Source of the DNA: Pecten maximus
Lineage: Eukaryota
Length of the DNA stretch: 64,000 nucleotides
Direction of reading: 5' to 3'
NCBI RefSeq assembly: GCF_902652985.1
Contig: NC_047015.1
Span: forward strand, 28,520,001-28,584,000
A program made the translations under genes and the position numbers. Of the stretch, positions 43,745 to 55,047 are shown piece by piece (positions within the stretch are counted from its first letter, which is position 1; every line of letters starts with the position of its first letter). The notes beneath the pieces are model-generated. The model saw only the letters and a program-made list of their open reading frames with translations. It searched no databases and was not told the DNA's origin.

Positions 43745-46590
43745 GCAGGTATAGATATAACTAGACATCGGTCGTCTGGAAATACAATATAAGATCCAAG
43801 GTACCAGACTAACACTCGGTCGTCTGAAAATATCAAATAAGATCTTAGATACCAGGTATAGACTAACACTCGGTCGCCTGAAATATAATATAAGAACTTA
43901 GATACCAGGTATAGACTAACACTCGGTCGCCTGAAATATAATATAAGAACTTAGATACCAGGTATAGGCTAACACTCGGTCGTCTGGAAATATAATATAA
44001 GAACTTAGGTACCAGGTATAGACTGACACTCGGTCGTCTGAAATATAATATAAGGTCCTAGGCACCAGGTATAGACTAGCACTCGGTCGTCTGAAATATA
44101 ATATAAGATCTTAGGTACCAGGTATACACTAACACTCGGTCGTCTGAAATATATAATATAAGATCTTAGTTACCAGGTATAGACTAACATTCGGTCGTCT
44201 GAAAATATAATATAAGAACTTAGGTACCAGGTATAGACTAGCACTCGGTCGTCTGAAATATAAAATAAGATCTTAGGTACCAGGTATAGACTGACACTCG
44301 GTCGTCTGAAATATAATATAAGATCTTAGGTACCAGGTATAGACTGACACTCGGTCGTCTGGAAATATAATATAAGATCTTAGGTACCAGGTATAGACTG
44401 GCACTCGGTCGTCTGAAAATATAATATAAGAACTTAGGTACCAGGTATAGACTAGCACTCGGTCGTCTGAAATATAATATAAGATCTTAGGTACCAGGTA
44501 TAGACTAGCACTCGGTCGTCTGAAAATATAATATAAGAACTTAGGTACCGGGTATAGACTAACACTCGGTCGTCTGAAAATATAATATAAGATCCTAGGT
44601 ACCAGGTATAGACTAACACTCGGTCATCTGAAATATAATATAAGATCTTAGGTACCAGGTATAGACTAACACTCGGTCGTCTGAAATATAATATAAGATC
44701 TTAGGTACCAGGTATAGACTAACACTCGGTCGTCTGAAAATATAATATAAGATCTTAGGTACCAGGTATAGACTAACACTCGGTCGTCTGAAATATAATA
44801 TAAGATCTTAGGTACCAGGTATAGACTAACACTCGGTCGTCTGAAAATATGATGTAAGATCCTAGGTACCAGGTATAGACAAACACTCGGTCGTCTGAAA
44901 TATGATATAAGATCCTAGGTACCGGGTATAGACTAACACTCGGTCGTCTGAAATATATAATATAAGATCCTAGGTACCAGGTATAGACTAACACTCGGTC
45001 GTCTGAAATATAATATAAGATCTTAGGTACCAGGTATAGACAAACACTCGGTCGTCTGAAATATGATATAAGAACTTAGGTACCAGGTATAGACTAGCAC
45101 TCGGTCGTCTGAAATATAATATAAGATCCTAGGTACCGGGTATAGACTAACACTCGGTCGTCTGAAATATATAATATAAGATCCTAGGTACCGGGTATAG
45201 ACTAACACTCGGTCGTCTGAAATATAATATAAGATCCTAGGTACCGGGTATAGACTAACACTCGGTCGTCTGAAATATATAATATAAGATCCTAGGTACC
45301 AGGTATAGACAAACACTCGGTCGTCTGAAAATATAATATAATGTCCTAGATACCAGGTATAGACTAACACTCGGTCATCTGAAATATATAATATAAGATC
45401 CTAGGTACCAGGTATAGACTAACACTCGGTCATCTGAAATATAATATAAGATCTTAGGTACCAGGTATAGACTAACACTCGGTCATCTGAAATATATAAT
45501 ATAAGATCCTAGGTACCAGGTATAGACTAACACTCGGTCATCTGAAATATAATATAAGATCCTAGGTACCGGGTATAGACTAACACTCGGTCGTCTGAAA
45601 TATAATATAAGATCTTAGGTACCGGGTATAGACTAACACTCGGTCATCTGAAATATAATATAAGATCTTGGGTACCAGGTATAGACAAACACTCGGTCGT
45701 CTGAAATATAATATAATGTCCTAGATACCAGGTATAGACTAACACTCGGTCGTCTGAAAATATGATATAAGATCTTAGTTACCAGGTATAGACTAACACT
45801 CGGTCGTCTGAAAATATGATATAAGATCCTAGGTACCAGGTATAGACTAACACTCGGTCGTCTGAAAATATAATATAAGAACTTAGGTACCAGGTATAGA
45901 CTAACACTCGGTCGTCTAAAATATAATATAAGATCTTAGGTACCAGGTATAGACTAGCACTCGGTCGTCTGAAAATATAATATAAGATCCTAGGTACCGG
46001 GTATAGACAAACACTCGGTCGTCTGAAATATAATATAAGAACCTAGGTACCAGGTGTATATAGACAAACACTTTGTCGTCCGAAAATATAATATAAGATC
46101 CTAGGTACCAGGTATAGACAAACACTCTGTCGTCCGAAAATATAATATAAGATCCTAGGTACCAGGTATAGACAAACACTCGGTCGTCTGAAATATAATA
46201 TAAGATCCTAGGTACCAGGTATAGACTAACACTCGGTCGTCTGAAAAATATAATATAAGATCCTAAGTACCAGGTATAGACAAACACTCGGTCGTCTGAA
46301 ATATAATATAAGATCCTAGGTACCAGGTATAGACTAACACTCGGTCGTCTGAAAAATATAATATAAGATCCTAAGTACCAGGTATAGACAAACACTCTGT
46401 CGTCCGAAAATATAATATAAGATCCTAGGTACCAGGTATAGACAAACACTCGGTCGTCTGAAATATAATATAAGATCCTAGGTACCAGGTATAGACTAAC
46501 ACTCGGTCGTCTGAAAAATATAATATAAGATCCTAAGTACCAGGTATAGACTAGCACTCGGTCGTCTGAAAATATACGATCCTAGGACAT
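43745..46590. repeat. 53-55-bp minisatellite (GGTACCAGGTATAGACTAACACTCGGTCGTCTGAAATATAATATAAGATCTTA)n, about 52 copies
   Basis: Direct inspection; GGTACC at 44651, 44704, 44758. Confidence 0.97.
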
Positions 46591-46920
46591 TCCGTAGTAA
46601 AGTTACGGAGACGTGCAAAAAGTATTGAGAAATATAATATTTTACAACATACATTATATGTATTTTTTTGGGGGGGGGGGGGGGGGTTTGTTTTATCTTT
46701 CAACTATAATTTTACCTACCTTTTTTGTGTACACATTAAACCACCTTATCTGAAATGCAATATAGCTTCCTTGTCCTAGTATCTGATTGACCACGTGTGT
46801 TGGTCTACATAATAGTTCTAATTCTGCATTACTTGAGGTTTGTCTTAATCCTCTTGACTCTCTGCAAATGCTTACTGGTCTCCAAATACATGTAGTATCC
46901 GTATTAGTATAGAATGATGG

Positions 46921-47170
46921 CTACGTGGGATTAATAGTGTCGGAGCTGTCATGCTGGATCCAAACATTGTAATTCACATTGCTCGAGTGGATATGAGATC
47001 GTACAATATCCCGTGAGTGCCGATAAATCCAGATCTCGTAATCACCATCATCCCTGAAGAGTTCAATGATGTAGCCAGCTGCCAGTGATATTTGGTATGT
47101 GCCACAGGATTTTGTCCGAAGGTATTCCATGTCTAACTTCGGAAAGTCAAAATTATCCGAAGTTGCAAAT
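46921..47170 (-). pseudogene. Remnant of the C-terminal part of a DDE_Tnp_4/SWIM-type (PIF/Harbinger-ISL2EU group) transposase
   Basis: DFPKLDMEYLRTKSCGTYQISLAAGYIIE...GDYEI...YNVWIQ resembles from memory the FP.L...LR..T.G.YQ...A.SY..E...Y.VWI segment that precedes the SWIM finger in such proteins; not searched. Confidence 0.45.
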
Positions 47171-47235
47171 GTAACTTGGCCCTACTGGTAAGATCTCGCT
47201 CATCTTTCACATGCTAAGCTACGAAGGCTGATTGA

Positions 47236-47878
47236 TATGGGGCGCCGTTTTACTATTTATTCCCATTTGGTGATATCACCTATTCAATCCGTGATATCAC
47301 CTATTCGAATAGGTGATATCACCAATTCATTTTTCAAATAAGTGATATCACCTATTCGAATAGGTGATATCACTTAATGAAACGAATAGGTGATATCACT
47401 TATTCGAATAGGCGATATCACTCATTCGAATAGGTGATATCACCAATTCGAATAGGTGATATCACTTAAAAATATTCTAAAGTGATATCACCTATTCGAA
47501 TGAGTGATATCACCTATACGAATAGGTGATATCACTTATGAAATTTTATAAGTGATATCACCTATTCGAATGAGTGTTATCACTATGGGCCGTCGTTTTA
47601 CTATTTATTCCCATTTGGTGATATCACCCATTCATTATTCAAATAAGTGATATCACCTATTCGTTTCATTAAGTGATATCACCTATTCGAATGAGTGATA
47701 TCACCTATTCGAATTGGTGATATCACCTATTCGTTTCAATAAGTGATATCACCTATTCGAATGAGTGATATCACCTATTCGTTTCAATAAGTGATATCAC
47801 CAATTCGAATAGGTGATATCACTCATTTGAATGGGTGATATCACCAAATGGGAATAAATAGTAAAACGGCGCCCCATA
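47236..47878. mobile_element. IS3EU-like MITE with palindromic internal array
   Basis: Perfect 45-bp TIR TATGGGGCGCCGTTTTACTATTTATTCCCATTTGGTGATATCACC; 6-bp TSD GATTGA (47230-47235, 47879-47884); TAY..RTA termini with a 6-bp TSD fit IS3EU. Confidence 0.82.
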
Positions 47879-49813
47879 GATTGATATGTAATTGTGAGCC
47901 TTATATTGAAGGATATGAATTTTGCCGGACATATTGTATAACTTTTCAACATAATCCCCTTCAGTATCTATACTGTTTTTATACCACTTTTATAGAACTC
48001 ATTTCATTGGCTGTTCAGAAAGTCATTCCCTGTAGGTTAGGGTTAGAGTTAGGGTGCCTGAAATAGCCGTTTTCAGTTTTGGAAATAGATGCAAGTCTGA
48101 TGGAGCAAGATCAAGTGAATAAGGCGAATGCTCAATCAATTTAAGCCACAATCGTGAATGAAATGACAGACACTTTCACCCTTACTCTAACTCTAATTGA
48201 TTTTGTCCATTTTGCAAAAGCCGCTTGTCTTGTGTAAATTAACCAAATGAGACCAGTCCTTGGGTACACGGCCCAATATAGTCGGATAATAGTATAAAAG
48301 AACATCCTTGAGTACCTCCTTCAATACGAGGCTCTTATCCATCAGTCCTCGTAAGGTGTTGTGAATACAAAGACTTTTTCATTTTAGCAGCCAACTCCCT
48401 ATCCAATGCGTCTCGTTCTGATGTTAACATATGGGCCATCGGATTGCATTGAGACAGGCTGTTAATATTTTCCTCCTCCTCCTCCATCTTCTTAATTCTT
48501 CAAAGAAACAAAGATCACATATGACGTCTCCAATATGGATAGGTTCATTATCATCTATTTCTTGGTTGAAAATCTAATCAGGATTCAAATGTTTTGACCG
48601 TTGGTGCGGTAACCACGGCATCGGGAAGTGATTGTCAATCCGCTCGCTTAACGAATATTTACTAAGGTTCAGTCTGCTCTCCGTTTTATAATGTCATGGT
48701 ATACCCTCTTGTTCTTTTGTTTGTATTTTGTGTTAAAAATCTCTCTGTGATAACTTAATCATATCCTCCGTGTGTTAATTTATATACTTTGATAATATCT
48801 CCCCTAGCCTTAGATATGTTTCAGTGTAGGTAATTTAAGAACCTTCAGTCTATTTTTGTAGCTTAGATCCAACATTGCTGGTATTTGTTTCGTTGCTCTT
48901 CTTTGGACGTTTTCTTATTCATTTATAATACTGCAAATACGGGTTCCAAATACAAGCCCCATATTCAAATGAGGCCTTACAAGCTTCCTTTTCTTTATTG
49001 GGCTTCGCCCCTTGATGCGAAGTTTGATCCCCTTCCCCAAAGATCGAAGCTGCTGAACAAATTTGAATGACAGGATTTGGTCTACCTGTAGTTTGAACCA
49101 GTGTTCGCATGGAGAGGCAGCTCGAAAGAAGGAACATATTTGTTATTTAGTGAGCGATGCAGGCCACCTCATGTTGCAAAGTGGGACATTTATTTTTTAA
49201 GTTTTTAAGACATGTGAATGATCGCAGTTTTATTCCCAAATCGCTTGTAGGTGCCTATCACGTAATTCTGTAAGACGTAACTATACAGTTTAGATTATCC
49301 TACCCATTGAAAAAATAGAGTTATAAAAAGCACTAAAAGGTTGTAAAAATAAATACGTTGTAAAGGTATAAGGTGTCTCAATACTTTCAATTTCAATTTT
49401 CAATACGTTGCCTGTGTCTGTAGGCCTAGTCTATCTAGATAATTTGAGCTTTACTCAAAGTATATAGGGGCCTGTTCGTTTATGCGGACAAACCGGTTCT
49501 TCGGTTTAATAATAATAATAATAATAAAACTTTATTTCACGAGGGTTACATATTTAGTACAGTACTAATCTTACATATGGCCCTCACATAAAACATGAAG
49601 AAAACAAAAAACATTCATTTTGACAGCAATACAAACATCGTAACTATTTGTCAATATTTCCTTCACACATTCACTCACTCACACAAACACGTCTAATTAA
49701 AAATCAAAACATATTAACAATTATTTGTTAATCATTTACAAAAATACTAGAGCGACAGTAGCATGTGGAATGTTGAAAATATACCTAGTTTGATCATGTA
49801 AATAAATTAAAAA

Positions 49814-52800
49814 TCAATTTGTTAGATACATTGTTAAAAAGTGTTTTTTAACGTTCTTTTTGAAGACAAATAGTGATGTCACAGTTTTTAAACTAGTTGG
49901 TAAGTTGTTCCATAGCTTAACTCCATTATAATGAAGGGATTTTTTGAACAGCTCAGTGTGTGCTCTAGGTAAGATTAAGTTATTTTGTGTTGTTGATCTT
50001 AACCCATAATGATACATTTCATTGCAAGAAGTAAAACAAGTTTTCAAGTATTCTGGTGCCATATTATTTAATGACCTATACACTAGCACACATGTGTGGT
50101 ACATAATTCTATATTCAAAGGGAAGAGTATCGGTATCATTAAACAGCTCTTTGCTTGGAGTCATTGTTGCCTTTTTTTAAATAATCCTAAGTGCTCGTTT
50201 TTGAATTTTAGTAATTGCAGTGATTTGTTCCCGAGTTAGGCCATTCCCCCAAACAACAGCAGCATAGTCCATTATTGGGAGAATATATGCATTGTAGTAC
50301 ACTTTTTTGGCATCGGTATTTAAATATGTAGACATCCTACGAAGCAAAGCAACTGCCGAGGCTAGCTTTGATAACACTTGTTTTACCTGATCTACCCAAG
50401 TAAGGTTTTCATTTATATATACACCCAAAAGCTTTTGACAGGATGTAGAATGTATTTCTTCATCATCTGCATACAATACCATGGGATTATGACCACCCAA
50501 CTTTTGTTTACTGGCAATTAACATAGATTTAGTTTTTCGTTGATTTAGTTTCATGTTATTATTTGTACACCATTTCACAATTTGGTTCAAATTTTCTTGA
50601 AGTTGACAGGTAACACTAGTATAGTCATTGCCCTTTACATGCATGGTACTGTCATCTGCATACATATCTATTTGACAATTTTTCACATATAGCGGCATAT
50701 CATTAACATAAATTATAAACAATAAAGGACCAAGTATCGATCCTTGTGGAACTCCTGATTTTATGAATTCCGGTGTTGAGGAGATATTCCTAAACTGAAC
50801 TTTTTGAACTCTATCACATAAGTATGATGCAAGCCAACTAATACTTGATGAAGAAATATTTAAGCTTTTTAACTTGTGAAGAAGTATGTTATGATCTACC
50901 AAGTCAAAAGCCTTCCTAAAATCTATAAAGATTGCTCCTACCATTTCATTTTTATCTATGCAGTCAATCCATCTATCGATCAAATAGGCTAGGGCTGTCT
51001 GACATGAATGTTTTGCCCTGAACCCTGACTGTGCAGCATGTAAAAGTTTGTATTTTACCAGATATCTATAAAGATGAGTAATAACATGCTTTTCAAATAC
51101 TTTGAGAAAGTTGGTAATATAGATATAGGCCTATAATTGTCAAGATTGTCTTTTTCACCACCTTTATGCAATGGCGTCACTCTTGCTTCTTTAAGAAACG
51201 ATGGAAAACAAGATTTTGATATGCTTAAATTTATGATGTGACTTGAATAGGGGGAAATAACACGGTTACATAATTTTATAACCCTTGGACCTATTCCATC
51301 AATACCCGTTGATTTTGTTTCATCAAGCGTCCTTATATACGTTTCAACTTCCTCCAATTTTATGTAAGGAATACAGAACGGATTCTGAGTGGATATCAGC
51401 CTTGATGCATGTTCTTCCATTTTTATATGATCATTAGAATCAAATTCCTTCTTTTCAACTAGATTTGAGACATTTACAAATTCGGCATTTATTTTGTCAA
51501 TAATCTCTTGGTGATCAGAAATGATCACACCATTATCGCACTTCAGTTGATTTGGAATATGGTTATGCTTCTGACATTTAGACATATCTTTCAGATGATT
51601 CCACAATAATGCACTAGGCTTATTTTTAATGATTGCATTTTTAAACAGTTCTTTTTTGGATTTTAAAATCAGCGCACTAGTGCGGTTTCTCCAATATTCA
51701 TAACTCTCCCAGTTCTTTGCTTTATGATAACTATCCCTTAACCTTCGAGCTTTTGATATCTCTTCATTGTACCATTCAGGTTGTTTACTTCTTTTTACCC
51801 TCTTTGATTTAAATGGGGCATGTTTATCTAACAGATGTAACATTATTTCATAAAGGCAGGCTAGTGCCTCATCTGGATCAGTTTTGTTCAATATATTTAC
51901 TAAATAAGAGTTTTTAACATCCGATATGAAGTCTTCTTCTACAAACTTTTTAAAACATCTATATTTGATAAAATCATGTTGAGACTTACATTTTCTTTCT
52001 CCACCATTAGAATTCTGATGTACTGTTATACATACAGGATAATGATCACTTATGGTAATACATGGTACATGGACAGTAGAAATGAGATCAGTATTATTCA
52101 CATAAACATGATCAATAATGGTTGATGACGTACTAGTGACTCTTGTTGGTTTAGTAACTAATTGAGTTAAACACTGAGAGGCTATGAAATCAGACCATTT
52201 TGAGTTTGTATTTCCTCTTGATATGTCAATGTTAAAATCACCCATTAACATAATGTCAAGACTTTCATTCATCGCTTGTTCAACCATTTTTTCAAATGTC
52301 TCTATCCATGCAACATTGACACTAGGCGGTCGATATACAAAACAAACAAGGAATTTCTTTTGATGAGGTATATCCACCAAAATCCAAATGCATTCTATAT
52401 CTGTTACCTCTAAATCCGCCCTTCTCCTGTATAATAAAACGTTATTAATATAAACCAATACACCACCACCATTTTGATTAAATCTGTCTCTTCTTTCAAC
52501 ATTAAAACCATCAATTGCAACCAAATTATCGCTCACTTGCTCATTTAAGAAAGTTTCACATAAGCCAAGTATATTAAGAGTATTTTCTTGATTTAAAAGT
52601 AAAATTACTTCGTCTATTTTTGGTAACAGATGTTGAATGTTCCAGCTACCAATATGAAGACCTTTACTTGGAAGACAAAAATCAGAATTAATTGTTGGAG
52701 AAGACGAGATATTTGATTTTTCAAGTTTGGTGTTGATATAATCCGTTAATTTTTTCAGGTGTACAATATCATCATATAAATATTGCGATTTTTCTTTTTC

Positions 52801-53064
52801 TAATTGTTTGGAATAGCTATTTTTCTTCTCAAAAATTACATTATCCTTCCTTTGAGTTAAACAGAGGTTCGTATTTTCTGGACAAGAATTATTTTTAAAA
52901 GTGTGGTTACAATGATGGTTACCACAAGCTAATAGTTTACTAGTTTTATTACACCCACAATCACACAGTTTCTCTAAAACTTGGTAATAATTATAAAATG
53001 AGTTATTTAAAATATCAGAGTTTCTGAAAACGCCTTGCGTTTCGTTGCTACTGTCTGCTCTTCC
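49814..53064 (-). pseudogene. LINE ORF2 (APE endonuclease plus reverse transcriptase), two frameshifts
   Basis: GLHIGSWNIQHL, LGLCETFL, GGGVLVYI, YRPP, GDFNID, IIDHVY, SDHYPV (EN); NYRPISILP, QSGFR, DFRKAFDLVDH, GVPQGSILGPLLF, YADDS, KLLGV (RT). Single-base indels in A-runs near 51102 and 50175. Confidence 0.93.
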
Positions 53065-54782
53065 CTAGTAGTTGTGATTTCGGTGTCGGCGGTACATAGG
53101 TCCAGATCCCGCAGCCCTTTCATGACTTTGTCTCCATGGTGATCCAGCAGAGTGTTTTCTCCGAGGAGTGATTAACACTCTGTTTTTGTTTCCGTGACTC
53201 GGTGTGGAGTCTCTTTTTCTCGCGGATCCGCCAACATTGTTTACAGTGGGTTTGAGGTCGGTATCACTTTATGAATGCATTTTAAAAGTTGTGACGTACC
53301 TGCATTGGTTAAATGAACCTTATCCTTGTGTAGATACATTGTCACAATCTCTCCATTTCCGTCGTGGAAAGCTGCAGAACAGTCCACAAAATTACATCCT
53401 TTACGGACGGCCATTTCTTTTATAATTCTGTTATAGAATTCAGTATCTACATCTTTTCTAGGGCATAGACCACACACGGACACATTTTCTGATAAGACAC
53501 GCCTTGTTGTACTTATGAGCTCTTCATAGTTTTCTTGGAATTTAGAAATATTTTCTCCGTCAGCAGCATCGTTTCCACCAACAAACAGAACTACGTTAGA
53601 GTAATATTAGATCTTTAATTCTTGCCCCCCTGTTTGTATCAACATCACAATTGTTTATGCCTCTCGGGTTTATTCCTTTCAATATTGAACTTCCCAACAG
53701 CAGAGTTCTTTCTAGAAATTCTTGCGGAGGGTTGACGGGCAGTTCTGGTGCAGCTAGTAAAGATTCCTCGGGCGTGATGACATTTGACAATTTACATTTT
53801 TGTGGCGAATTGACATCCGTTTGTAATCTGGACTGTTGTTTTTTAACAACATCGGCTATCCTTTGGAGCCTATTTTCAAGCTTACTTGTGATACTTTGGA
53901 CATTGTCATTGATGTTGTTACTCATTTCTTCAACAGCGTCAGCCACATGCATCTCACTTACCTTTACATTTGATTTTATACTGCATATCTTATCTTTGAG
54001 TTGCTCAAACTGGCGATTTGTTTGTACAACATGATTATTTAATGAAATTTCAATTAATTTGACACATCTGAGAATGTCTTCAAGGAAACTTTTGATATCT
54101 GGATCATCTGTGATTGTAACGTCAGAATCTGTATCGTCAGACTCGAGGGCTGTCTTTACCGGAGAAACACTACTGATAACCTGATCCTCGGTCTCCGTTT
54201 GCAGTGTACTTTCCAACGGGTTGTCCTCATTACTTTGAGATGAAATTTTCTTTTTGGATACATGGGTCTCATTTGTGGATTCATTGCGGGAAGTTGCAGA
54301 TAGTAGATCTAGCGATTGCTTCAGGGAGTCGTTGATTTTCTCACAACTTAGGCTAGTCCTGTTTTACTTAGTCCAACCTCCATTTTATGTAGAATATTTT
54401 TGAAATCGACATTCATAAATCGCTCAACATCTTTGCCATTGATTAGACATCTACAGCTAGTATGGTATAAATTCAATGTGTACACGGCTTTATTACGGCC
54501 TTTCGTAATGCGGAAACGTGCCTCGATTTCATTTCCACTTTTGTCCGATATTAGCGTCAGTTTGCATTTGTAGTTCTCAAGTTCAGAAGTGAAATCATCA
54601 CCATCAAAATAATCCTTGATCGTATTTCTCATCACTTCATATGTACCCGTGTTTAGTGATATAACTACTCCTCCTTTGGTATTGTTTATACAAATGTCGG
54701 ACCTATTAGCGGCTTCAAGTTTCTTATCAAGGGACTTTTCCATGTTAATACTAAAATCACGGGAATCATTATCTATGTCCAA
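53065..54782 (-). pseudogene. LINE ORF1 (coiled-coil plus SGNH/GDSL esterase), frameshifted
   Basis: SGNH blocks LLLGSSILKG, RGARIKD, VVLFVGGND (alternate frame at about 53590), CGLCPR, DKVHLT; frame breaks near 54360, 53605 and 53258; basic tail ending ...YRRHRNHNY-TAG (53067-53065). Confidence 0.85.
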
Positions 54783-54929
54783 TTGATTATCTAATTTTTA
54801 AATGTAACATTTCAAACATATATATATCTTTACTGACCTGTGTATCTAAATACAGGCCTTGGAAGTCTTTGTCAAGGCTCGTCTGAAAACAATATAAAAT
54901 CACCATATCCTTCTTTATTTCATAAACGA

Positions 54930-55047
54930 ACAACACCGGTCCAACTGGTCCAACCGTTTGGACCAACGGCCCAGGACTGAGGCACTTTATAGTCGAACGC
55001 GCCCAACTACCTGTCAGATCCGGAACGTGTATGCGTGCGCACCGCTA
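54930..55047 (+). promoter_or_regulatory. CpG-rich putative promoter/5' leader of the pyrophosphatase gene
   Basis: CpG-dense patch just before exon 1; CCGGAA (ETS-like) at about 55020 and TGCGTGCGCA (NRF1-like, imperfect) at about 55032. Confidence 0.5.

Larger units (their letters stand above)
49507..54920 (-). mobile_element. Near full-length non-LTR retrotransposon of the CR1/L2/Crack group with esterase ORF1; carries several frameshifts
   Basis: ORF1 fragments 54782-54348, 54216-53596, 53483-53241; ORF2 with APE endonuclease and RT; 3' UTR with GAGGG...CCCTC stem, AATAAA and (TTA)n tail ending at 49507. The 5' boundary is approximate and no TSD was found. Confidence 0.93.

Noticed and set aside
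43745-46590. CRISPR-like appearance and repetitive ORFs of up to 213 aa
   Set aside because: Units are contiguous with no unique spacers, no cas genes are present and the context is eukaryotic; the ORFs are by-products of the tandem repeat.
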